A stretch of 64,000 nt of DNA from SAR92 clade bacterium (lineage in GTDB: Bacteria > Pseudomonadota > Gammaproteobacteria > Pseudomonadales > Porticoccaceae): positions 317,589 through 381,588 of the forward strand of contig SHBP01000001.1 of NCBI GenBank assembly GCA_004211905.1. The letters are read 5' to 3'. Every line of letters begins with the position of its first letter. The first letter of the stretch is position 1. Both the position numbers and the translations under genes were made by a program. The notes under the pieces were generated by a model, which did not search any database, was not told the origin of the DNA, and was given only the letters and a program-made list of their open reading frames with translations. Of this stretch, positions 1 to 7,807 are shown piece by piece.

Positions 1-654
1 TATAAAATCCCGGCACCTCAGCTAGAGACGGAAAATTGTGTTGCTCATAACGGATCTATTATTCCGGTACCTGGACGAGATATTTTTATACAAGCCTGGT
101 ACCAAGGCGGAATCTCAGTGATCGACTTTACTGACTCAACTAATCCAATAGAAATTGCCTATTTCGATCGCGGGCCAATCCATGAAAAAGAACTACTAAC
201 CGGCGGATTTTGGTCAGTTTATTATTACCAAGGAGCTATCTACGGCACCGAAATAGCACGGGGCTTAGATGTATTAAAGTTATTACCTAGCGAGTTCTTA
301 AGCGCTAATGAAATAGCAGCTGCGGCATTAGCCTATCCAACTATGGGTCCGCGTAAATTGTTCAATCCACAACAACAAATTCCAATGGCATGGCCAGATA
401 TGCCCATTGTAGCCAGTGCTTATGTGGACCAATTTGAACGTGCCGAAGCTATATCATCAGTCACTGCGGTCAATGTTCGAGAGCTACTCTCACAGCTAGC
501 TGGGCTTATAAAGGCAAATAAATCATCTGAGGTCGGAGAGGTGATTTCTAGCATTAAAAAAGAAATGAAAAGTGTTACTGCAGACCAAACCACTGTTGAT
601 CGTTTCCAACGGACACTAGAGGGTATTGCATCTCAGTCACTAGCATCGATCTGA
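1..654 (+). CDS. LVIVD-repeat protein, C-terminal part (5'-truncated by window edge)
   Basis: Frame 1 is open from base 1 (YKIPAPQLETENCVAHNGSIIPVPGRDIFIQAWYQGGISVIDFTD...EIAYFDRGP...GGFWSVYYY...EIARGLDV), motifs typical of LVIVD-repeat proteins. Confidence 0.75.
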   Translation, partial: YKIPAPQLETENCVAHNGSIIPVPGRDIFIQAWYQGGISVIDFTDSTNPIEIAYFDRGPIHEKELLTGGFWSVYYYQGAIYGTEIARGLDVLKLLPSEFLSANEIAAAALAYPTMGPRKLFNPQQQIPMAWPDMPIVASAYVDQFERAEAISSVTAVNVRELLSQLAGLIKANKSSEVGEVISSIKKEMKSVTADQTTVDRFQRTLEGIASQSLASI

Positions 655-684
655 GCTGTGACTGAGAGCAAATATTTTCCAAGG

Positions 685-1173
685 CTAGGAGGCAGGCTGT
701 GATTTTAACCATCTTATCTGCAAGGTTAATCCAATCAAATAGATAACTAAAAATGCCAAATGAAACTTCAGAATAAGGGGATCCTCAAATGAATCCACAA
801 ACGGGTCTCCAATTGGCAGGCGCCTTAAAAAATCAGTAATTGCAGGTATCATATGGAACAGTAGCGTACTGGTGTAACCCAAAGCCTGAAAATACTTGGA
901 GAAGCCACCAAATAGCGTGAACTTTTCCATAACAAGCCCACCAAAAACTGCCACTAAAGTTAGTACACCCAACCAGTGCGCAATACCAAAACCGCCTTGA
1001 TTGTATATCGCTAAAGACGACCCAGCGACAAAAATAGTAATGTACACATAAAGCCTTCCTGGCAAGTGCTGCATAGATATTACTTTATAGTGGCGCAAAG
1101 TATAAAACGCAGTTATCAGTGCAAGTACACCGAATATGGTATGAAACCAACCTAACAATGTCATCTCAGGCAT
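685..1173 (-). CDS. Integral membrane protein (DUF2306-like)
   Basis: 162 aa, about 5 hydrophobic segments, GWFHT..G..AL start and FHMIPAITD motif. Confidence 0.6.
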   Translation of the reverse strand: MPEMTLLGWFHTIFGVLALITAFYTLRHYKVISMQHLPGRLYVYITIFVAGSSLAIYNQGGFGIAHWLGVLTLVAVFGGLVMEKFTLFGGFSKYFQALGYTSTLLFHMIPAITDFLRRLPIGDPFVDSFEDPLILKFHLAFLVIYLIGLTLQIRWLKSQPAS

Positions 1174-1211
1174 AATTATTCTCTCAAGTTCGCGAATTTA
1201 AAAATTCTATT

Positions 1212-2348
1212 TTATTTGTGAGGGTTTACTAAATACTTCGCCCCAGTACCTTGCTTTGCGTAGGCCTTGATAATCTCAGGCTTTAACATCTCCTCAAAGG
1301 AAATTTCCTGAGTGTAATGGCTAGCAAAGGTCGTTGTAATTTCTTTAGCGACCCGCTCACGCATCTGACCAAAGCGTTCCATCCCGATTCGTCCAATCAT
1401 CGGAGTCAATAACCAGCCTCCTAGACCCCACTGCATACCAAACGATCGATCCAACACAGTCGGTGTTTGATCAAGACCGCCATATATGTATACCTGTTTG
1501 TAAGTATCAGACCCATAACGGCTGTACTCTTTAGCCGTCTTATTAGCTGCTATTTCCATTGCTCCGAGTATTTGCCCCGGTAGCTTACCATCATTACCGC
1601 CACCTGTAGCATCAAAGCCAAGGGTTGCGCCTGTTGCCACCAAAGCATCCACCAAATCTTTCATGAAGTCAGCATCACTAGTATCACAGACATACTCGGC
1701 ACCAAGATCTTTAAGAACCTTAACTTGCTCAGGCTTTCTGACGATATTGACCAATGGTACGCCATCATCCTTACAGATTTTTACCAACATTTGACCAAGA
1801 TTAGACGCAGCAGCCGTGTTGACCATGGCTGTATGGTTCTCCATCTTCATAGTTTCAACAAACGCTAGTGCTGTTAGGGGGTTCACGAATGAGGAAGAGG
1901 CTTCCGCAGAGGTTGTGCCATCGTCCATCACCAGGCAGCTTTGTGCTGGAACACACCGATATTGAGAGTACATGGCACCGCCAGCAACGCCAACTGTTTT
2001 ACCAATTAAATGCTTCGCATTTTCCCCTGCATCTATGATCACCCCGCCACCTTCGTTACCAACTTGCATAGATTGGTCTAATCTCGGCTTCATTGCGCCC
2101 ATTAACCCTGGATGTATCTTCATGGAAGCTACGGAGTCATCACCAGATCCGGTAATGGTAAGACTCTCAAGATCAGCGGCAAAACTAATAAGAAGACCAA
2201 GGTCTGAGGGATTAATAGGAGCAGCCTCTACTTTAATCAGCACCTCATTTTCAGTAGGGGTTGGTATTTCTGCATGAACAATCGAAAGTTCTATGTTTCC
2301 TTCACTAGTGACTATCGATCGAATTTCTTTTGACGTTTGGATTGACAC
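1212..2348 (-). CDS. Medium-chain (zinc-binding-fold) dehydrogenase / NADH oxidase-like
   Basis: EVLIKVEAAPINPSD, GNEGGG, FVNPLTA, TAAASNLGQM, YIYGGLD motifs of the MDR family. Confidence 0.85.
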   Translation of the reverse strand: MSIQTSKEIRSIVTSEGNIELSIVHAEIPTPTENEVLIKVEAAPINPSDLGLLISFAADLESLTITGSGDDSVASMKIHPGLMGAMKPRLDQSMQVGNEGGGVIIDAGENAKHLIGKTVGVAGGAMYSQYRCVPAQSCLVMDDGTTSAEASSSFVNPLTALAFVETMKMENHTAMVNTAAASNLGQMLVKICKDDGVPLVNIVRKPEQVKVLKDLGAEYVCDTSDADFMKDLVDALVATGATLGFDATGGGNDGKLPGQILGAMEIAANKTAKEYSRYGSDTYKQVYIYGGLDQTPTVLDRSFGMQWGLGGWLLTPMIGRIGMERFGQMRERVAKEITTTFASHYTQEISFEEMLKPEIIKAYAKQGTGAKYLVNPHK

Positions 2349-2499
2349 GTTGGCTCTCCTTAAAGAGTATATTTAACTACTAGGGTGAATGTTATGTTGT
2401 ACATACTTATTGTTTCTATTCCGAATCATCATTGCTATATATTTAATCGATTTTAAATATATAACAATTTCAGATAGTTCTCGCCTCTGCGGCCTGGGT

Positions 2500-3366
2500 T
2501 TAAGAGACCATTCTTTTAAAAGTATTATCATGCTTATCAATATACTGATGCTTTAAAGCCCCTAATACATGTGCACCTAAAACAATATAAAGTAAATATG
2601 GCAATAGATATTTGTGCACACCTCCCCAAACAATATAAATATCACTTTGCTCCCATAATGGCGGCAACTCCCAAATAAAAAAGAAAGTGCCGTAGCCATG
2701 ATAACTAGTCATCAAAAAGCCAGTGACTGGAACTGCAAGCATAATGAAATACAATGTAATGTGGGCACCATGGGCGAGTTTTTTCTCTTTGGATGTTAGC
2801 GAATCTGAAAGGGCTGGCCGTTTTGAAAAGCTATTCCATGCCAATCTGAAGAGCACTAAAAAGAACACGCTTACGCCTAACGTTTTATGAGTAACATAAT
2901 AAGCGCGTCGATATTCTGTATCCTCTGGAATCATCGAGGCAAAAATCCCCATTGGAATAAGAGAAAGAAAAAGAATAGCGATCATCCAATGAAGTATTCG
3001 TGAAACCCTTCCATAACGGTCATGCTCATTTCCTGATGATAAGACAAGAATACTGTTACTTTTGCTTTGGCCCCTAGCAATAAATAAAAGGAATAATCCT
3101 ACTAACAATGAAATAGTGGCTTGTACCCATAATAATGCTGGTTTTGCCGAGTCTAGTGGCGTTTGATTAGGCTTTGGATTCTCTAACAACCCAGAGCTCA
3201 CAACAAAAAAGAGAAACCAAGCAGCGACTGCAAAGCACCCTAGAGCTGCAAGGCATGTTCCAAAAACCCTGACCTTAGGGGCGCTGTAATTTAAGGCCCA
3301 GGCAGTTAATATTGAAGTGAGAACTATTGCTAGAGCCACCCAGCTACCGGGATTCTCGACGTCCAT
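2500..3366 (-). CDS. Cytochrome b561-family protein with N-terminal membrane extension
   Basis: C-terminal RYGRVSRILHW...HKTLG...AHGAH...H..GALKH heme-b His pattern, preceded by about 100 aa with three extra hydrophobic helices. Confidence 0.8.
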   Translation of the reverse strand: MDVENPGSWVALAIVLTSILTAWALNYSAPKVRVFGTCLAALGCFAVAAWFLFFVVSSGLLENPKPNQTPLDSAKPALLWVQATISLLVGLFLLFIARGQSKSNSILVLSSGNEHDRYGRVSRILHWMIAILFLSLIPMGIFASMIPEDTEYRRAYYVTHKTLGVSVFFLVLFRLAWNSFSKRPALSDSLTSKEKKLAHGAHITLYFIMLAVPVTGFLMTSYHGYGTFFFIWELPPLWEQSDIYIVWGGVHKYLLPYLLYIVLGAHVLGALKHQYIDKHDNTFKRMVS

Positions 3367-3485
3367 AGATTAGTTCCTTCGAAAGTGACAAACATTAAGA
3401 GGGTTTAATTAACGGAGATATTATATTATGTACAACGATTTTAACAAGTAGACAAATAAATCATACTAGTATATGATTTCATACC

Positions 3486-3824
3486 ATGACGAAATGTAAA
3501 AGCCCAGTAGTAAACGCATTAAAACTTATCGGTGGCAAGTGGAAGATCGCCATTATCTATAATTTGCGTGCGGAACCCATTAGGTTTGGGGAATTGAAAA
3601 GGATTCTATCGCCCATTACTCAACAAATGTTGACCAAACAACTGCGGGAGCTTGAAAGAGATTTATTAATTCGTCGCAAAGTATTCGAGGTTATTCCACC
3701 GCGGGTCGAGTATTCGTTAACAGAATTTGGGCAATCCTTTATGCCGGTAATGAATTCTCTGTGTCAATGGAGCTCAGAACACGAGGATTTAATGGAAACA
3801 CTATCTGACGCCGAGCTATCTTGA
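3486..3824 (+). CDS. HxlR-family winged-helix transcriptional regulator
   Basis: IGGKWK..I, RFGELKR, ITQQMLTKQLRELE, PPRVEYSLTEFG; divergent from the cytochrome b gene. Confidence 0.9.
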   Translation: MTKCKSPVVNALKLIGGKWKIAIIYNLRAEPIRFGELKRILSPITQQMLTKQLRELERDLLIRRKVFEVIPPRVEYSLTEFGQSFMPVMNSLCQWSSEHEDLMETLSDAELS

Positions 3825-3876
3825 ACCCCTCCCTGCCGTAAATAGACTTATCAGTCAGTGACAGCGTTACTATAAT

Positions 3877-5022
3877 TTAAAGTAACTCATGCAAATTACT
3901 TTCATCTTTTTTGCTAAATCCTTCGACAGGTCTGCCTGCAATAAAGTCACTTATTAACATCGCCAATTCAGGGCCCACCTCTTCCTGAACAAAATGACCC
4001 GCTCCTTCTAATGTAACGACCGTTGGATTGGGGATTCGATTCAAGAAATCATCTTTCATATTGATAGTAACTCTTTCTTCACCACCAAAAGCCACCAAAA
4101 AAGGCTTATCCCATTTCTCGTACACATTGACCCAATACTCTTCGTTCTCTGCTAGCTGCGTAGGTATCAAATAAGGCCAAACATGAGCCCCCGCTTTATA
4201 CTCCCCTGTAGGATAAGGCGCCTCATACGCATTTGCCTCTCTATCTGTGAGATTGATTCTCCCAAAAGTTTCGATAATACCAACGATATCCATATCTTGG
4301 GCGTGATAAGAGTGCGCTATCCATTTCGAAAACATTCTTACACCTTGAATTGGAGAAGGATTCTCTATAGCTAATGCATCCTCTGATGCGGTTTTGAGCT
4401 CTTCAAAAGTTACTTCACCATGCCACCAGACTAAAAGCTTAACAAAGCCCTCAAATAGCGTGCTACTAATCCCTGATCTTGCGATCATTCCGGTGTTAGA
4501 AACCACTACCCTTGAAAAACGATCAGGTAGTTCAGCAACAACCCGCAACCCCACCAGTCCGCCCCAATCCTGACCGAAGTGAGTCGCATCTTTTAGGTCT
4601 AACCTTGTCACAAGCTCTTTCATTACGTCGACATGATGTTGATAACTGTAATCATGCTTAGAAATGAATTTATCTGATTTTCCAAAGCCGACCATATCAG
4701 GGACGATGACCCTATGCCCTTCACTTGCGAGAACAGGAATCATTTTTCTATACAAATAACTCCAGGTGGGCTCTCCATGAAATAGAATGATTGGATCCGC
4801 ATCCCTTGGACCTTCATCAAGATAATGAATCCGCAAGCCATCAATAAAAATGTAATTTGGCTCAAAAGGGAACTCATGTAGATCCTTGAATCTTTCATCG
4901 GGTGTTCTTAGCACTCCTTTTTTAATAGTGTCATTGGATAATTCAGATTCGTTACCCAGAAGACAGGGAGAATTCAGAAGTGTCACAAAAATAAGTAATG
5001 CTGTTTTCAAATAAATATTCAT
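3877..5022 (-). CDS. Haloalkane dehalogenase (alpha/beta hydrolase) with predicted signal peptide
   Basis: LRTPDERF, FHGEPTWSYLYR, GQDWGG nucleophile, GAGHFVQEE base. Start placed at ATG 5022 (MNIYLKTALL...) downstream of GAGGAG, rather than the track start 5118. Confidence 0.85.
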   Translation of the reverse strand: MNIYLKTALLIFVTLLNSPCLLGNESELSNDTIKKGVLRTPDERFKDLHEFPFEPNYIFIDGLRIHYLDEGPRDADPIILFHGEPTWSYLYRKMIPVLASEGHRVIVPDMVGFGKSDKFISKHDYSYQHHVDVMKELVTRLDLKDATHFGQDWGGLVGLRVVAELPDRFSRVVVSNTGMIARSGISSTLFEGFVKLLVWWHGEVTFEELKTASEDALAIENPSPIQGVRMFSKWIAHSYHAQDMDIVGIIETFGRINLTDREANAYEAPYPTGEYKAGAHVWPYLIPTQLAENEEYWVNVYEKWDKPFLVAFGGEERVTINMKDDFLNRIPNPTVVTLEGAGHFVQEEVGPELAMLISDFIAGRPVEGFSKKDESNLHELL

Positions 5023-5096
5023 GGATACGTAGCTCCTCTTATCAGTAGAGAATATCTTTATCCAACGCACAAACCAATTTTTCGTTGACCCTTCAT

Positions 5097-5128
5097 CTTT
5101 GAAGCCATCAAAACTCACGGCTTCAAAG
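5097..5128. terminator. Perfect 10-bp inverted repeat, possible terminator
   Basis: CTTTGAAGCC-N12-GGCTTCAAAG, downstream of the 5166-5984 minus-strand operon; no clear U-tract. Confidence 0.35.
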
Positions 5129-5165
5129 GAGCATCTCGGTTAAGATTACTAAGTAGATAGATTAC

Positions 5166-5318
5166 TTAGCTAGGAATCTTATCCAACGCATTTTTCAAAT
5201 TCCCCAAGGCCACTGTGGCAAGTATTGGTATCAACCACCAACTATCGCTCCCACTGATTGCTGAAACCAGTATGGCTGCGGCCCAAAGTAATGCTTGGCT
5301 AATCATTAGCTTGCTCAT
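5166..5318 (-). CDS. Small membrane protein, 50 aa (not in ORF track)
   Basis: GGAG-N7-ATG; MSKLMISQALLWAAAILVSAISGSDSWWLIPILATVALGNLKNALDKIPS*; two hydrophobic stretches; directly follows the XRE gene. Confidence 0.6.
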   Translation of the reverse strand: MSKLMISQALLWAAAILVSAISGSDSWWLIPILATVALGNLKNALDKIPS

Positions 5319-5329
5319 CCTATAACTCC

Positions 5330-5536
5330 TTATTTGTATTGAAATATATTCTCTAGTGGCTCTTGAAATACGTCTGATATCTTAAACGCTACCTCTAGAG
5401 ATGGCGAGTACTTATCTTTTTCAATGGCAATAATCGTCTGACGTGTAACGCCTACTTTTTCGGCTAAAGTTTGCTGAGACATTTCACCTGCCTCAAATCG
5501 TAGTTTTCGAATATTATTACTTAAACTTTTAGACAA
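5330..5536 (-). CDS. XRE/Cro-C1 HTH transcriptional regulator
   Basis: NNIRKLR..MSQQTLAEKVGVTRQTIIAIEKDKYSPSLEVAFKIS; probable TTG start 1 nt after the upstream TAG. Confidence 0.85.
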   Translation of the reverse strand: MSKSLSNNIRKLRFEAGEMSQQTLAEKVGVTRQTIIAIEKDKYSPSLEVAFKISDVFQEPLENIFQYK

Positions 5537-5537
5537 G

Positions 5538-5984
5538 CTATACACCTTTTCGATAGTGATACAGTTGAGTGCCAAAACGAATCACTTCAGCTAAAACAAA
5601 GAATAAAAGTAAAAAATGAAACATACCATAGGGAGTCGTGAGCATAAGATGATTATCAAATCGAGCATCTAGTAAAATCTGCACCATTGAAACCCAAATG
5701 CAAACTGCCAAGAACCCATAACTGTATCTAGATGAAGTCTTTTCAATAAGCTTGTCTCTCTCATCTTCTAGTTGCGATTTATTCTTTATTGCCAAGAATG
5801 ACTGAATGATAGCTTCTAAAATAATAAACCCAACAACAAGAATAATGACCTCAATAAATCCAGGTAATTCTGGATTTAATGGCAAGCTAGAAAAAGCGCC
5901 ATATAAATACCACCCAAAAAACAATAAAGTAGCACCCAACGAGGCAAGTAAGCTTTTTTCCTTGTACGACATATCCATGATCAA
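5538..5984 (-). CDS. Four-helix membrane protein paired with XRE regulator
   Basis: Hydrophobic segments with central EDERDKLIE motif typical of XRE-associated (DUF2178-like) membrane proteins. Confidence 0.65.
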   Translation of the reverse strand: MIMDMSYKEKSLLASLGATLLFFGWYLYGAFSSLPLNPELPGFIEVIILVVGFIILEAIIQSFLAIKNKSQLEDERDKLIEKTSSRYSYGFLAVCIWVSMVQILLDARFDNHLMLTTPYGMFHFLLLFFVLAEVIRFGTQLYHYRKGV

Positions 5985-5990
5985 TCCTTT

Positions 5991-6032
5991 AAGTTAAATA
6001 ATTTTTACTTAATGTACAAAATATTTAACATT
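5991..6032. promoter_or_regulatory. Tandem imperfect palindromes, candidate XRE operators
   Basis: AAGTTAAATAATTTTTACTT followed by AATGTACAAAATATTTAACATT immediately upstream of the 5984 start. Confidence 0.4.
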
Positions 6033-6291
6033 AAGTCAACCGCAATCTATGATTTTTATCAGGCCTCTAGAATCATATTTGCGCTGACTACTAACCAACA
6101 CGCCAGTTCATCAAGCAAGCAACGAGATCGACCATACAAATCTATACTCTAGGATTACCGAGAACAAACGTCCTGTGCTATCTTCAAACCATGGTATTGA
6201 AAATTTGTTCAAAAATTGCAACGGTTTTCAAAGAACCTAGGTATATATAGTTGAAGGACACAACTTAAACTTAACTAAAAAGGACAAACAG

Positions 6292-6681
6292 ATGACAAGC
6301 TTTATGGATGCGATGGTACCCATTTTTGGAATTATTGGCGTTTTTGGCATGCCCGCCGTTATTGTGTGGACTGCACTGCACTTTAATAATAAGAAAAAGG
6401 AACAGTTTCATACCTCATTACAAAAATTAATTGCTAGCGGTCAGGAATTAACACCGGAATTAATGCAAAGTATTCCCGGTTACCAAGCGGAAGAGTCGAA
6501 AGACAGCGATGTTAAAGGTGGCGCTGTTTTGATAGGAATCGGCATCGGCATCGTACTACTGGGATACTTTGGAATGCACAACAGCATAGTTTGGGGTTCT
6601 GGGTTACTGGTAGCCTGCCTTGGCGTGGGATTATTAAGTGCCGGCATTTACTCTAAGAGAGACAGCAGTGAAGATGCTTAA
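6292..6681 (+). CDS. DUF6249-like membrane protein
   Basis: N-terminal TM, soluble G.EL.PEL linker, D.K.G..LIGIGIG and two C-terminal TMs; stop overlaps the sigma-factor start. Confidence 0.7.
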   Translation: MTSFMDAMVPIFGIIGVFGMPAVIVWTALHFNNKKKEQFHTSLQKLIASGQELTPELMQSIPGYQAEESKDSDVKGGAVLIGIGIGIVLLGYFGMHNSIVWGSGLLVACLGVGLLSAGIYSKRDSSEDA

Positions 6682-7172
6682 TGGAATCAGATGAAGAGCT
6701 GATAAGAAGAACGCTCGCCGGCGGTAACCATCATTATGGTGTTCTAATTCAACGGTATGCTGACTATTTATTTGGGTTGGGCATGCGATTGACCGCCGGT
6801 AATAGAGAACTTGCTGAGGACATCTCTCAGCAAAGTTTTCTTAAATCTTATACTTACCTAAAAAGTTTTGATGCTCGCAAAACCTACAAGCATTGGTTGA
6901 CAGGAATTGCCGTCAACTGTTTTAAAGATATACGTCTTAAAGAGCAGCGCTATGCTCCGCTAGATGACACCAATGAGGCAAGCTACTCGCCTCGTCTAGA
7001 GGAGAATTCTGACTTCTTTAATCTTATTCAACCTCTTGATGACAATGAAAAGATTATGTTCACGCTTAAATATGTATACGATTACCGAACTCAGGAAATC
7101 GCAGATGTTTTAGGCCTAAAGACTGGCACCGTAAAATCAAAAATAAGTCGCGCTTTGGAGAAATTAAAATGA
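6681..7172 (+). CDS. ECF-type RNA polymerase sigma factor
   Basis: AEDISQQSFLK, F/YKHWLTGIAVN (region 2); QEIADVLGLKTGTVKSKISRA (region 4). Confidence 0.9.
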   Translation: MESDEELIRRTLAGGNHHYGVLIQRYADYLFGLGMRLTAGNRELAEDISQQSFLKSYTYLKSFDARKTYKHWLTGIAVNCFKDIRLKEQRYAPLDDTNEASYSPRLEENSDFFNLIQPLDDNEKIMFTLKYVYDYRTQEIADVLGLKTGTVKSKISRALEKLK

Positions 7173-7489
7173 CCTCAATTGGAGCTATCATCGAACAAGA
7201 AAAGGCCGTGTCATATGACCAAAGAAATAAGCAGCTATTTAGCTTTTACACATTGACGCTTATTGCTCAAGAGCAGGCCTCAAGAAGACTAAAAAAGAGA
7301 GCGGGAATTTCACTCTTATTGATCGTTTCTTTTCTCTTGTTATTTTTGGCTCCTATTAGTTCATTGATTGAAGGCTTTGTTGCTTCTTTAAGTACCTTGG
7401 ACATCATTGATATTTTTAAACTAGGAGTACTAAATTACGGCCTGGTATTTATTTTTTATAAATTCTTAAAAAAACGTTCAATTTTCTGA
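7169..7489 (+). CDS. Small membrane protein, candidate anti-sigma factor
   Basis: ATGA overlap with the sigma factor stop; two hydrophobic C-terminal segments. Confidence 0.55.
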   Translation: MTSIGAIIEQEKAVSYDQRNKQLFSFYTLTLIAQEQASRRLKKRAGISLLLIVSFLLLFLAPISSLIEGFVASLSTLDIIDIFKLGVLNYGLVFIFYKFLKKRSIF

Positions 7490-7639
7490 ATCTAAACTGA
7501 TTAACGAACGCGTCTTACTTGAGAAATCGAAGCGCAGAAAAAACCTTTGACCGAAGGGTCGTTCGCCCTTTCCCATCCAGCTTGATGCACTGGTGGTCCA
7601 GACGCATTATTGCATTCAAGCTTAAACTAAAAGGTAAAT

Positions 7640-7783
7640 ATGATGGACGGATTAGCAGTAATCAGCTTTGTTTTTGGAGTAATCGGTTTTGTTTTTGGGT
7701 TAGTTGCATTTATAAGAGTAGAGAAATTAATAAAAACTCTTAAAGCACAAGGCAATCTGAACCAAGACTACAAAGAAGAATAA
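7640..7783 (+). CDS. Small single-TM protein, 47 aa (not in ORF track)
   Basis: AAGG upstream of ATG; MMDGLAVISFVFGVIGFVFGLVAFIRVEKLIKTLKAQGNLNQDYKEE*. Confidence 0.6.
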   Translation: MMDGLAVISFVFGVIGFVFGLVAFIRVEKLIKTLKAQGNLNQDYKEE

Positions 7784-7807
7784 TTCTACTACCTATTAAA
7801 GAATCTA

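Noticed and set aside
5023-5118. N-terminal extension of the dehalogenase in the ORF track
   Set aside because: Spans a hairpin; the RBS and signal peptide fit ATG 5022.
5058-5190. 12-bp direct repeat TTATCCAACGCA flanking a hairpin (possible MITE with target duplication)
   Set aside because: No terminal inverted repeats, single occurrence, and one copy lies within a plausible small ORF.
7519-7743. 74-aa ORF in the track downstream of the ECF trio
   Set aside because: TTG start without RBS; the overlapping frame 7640-7783 has an RBS and a coherent TM protein.
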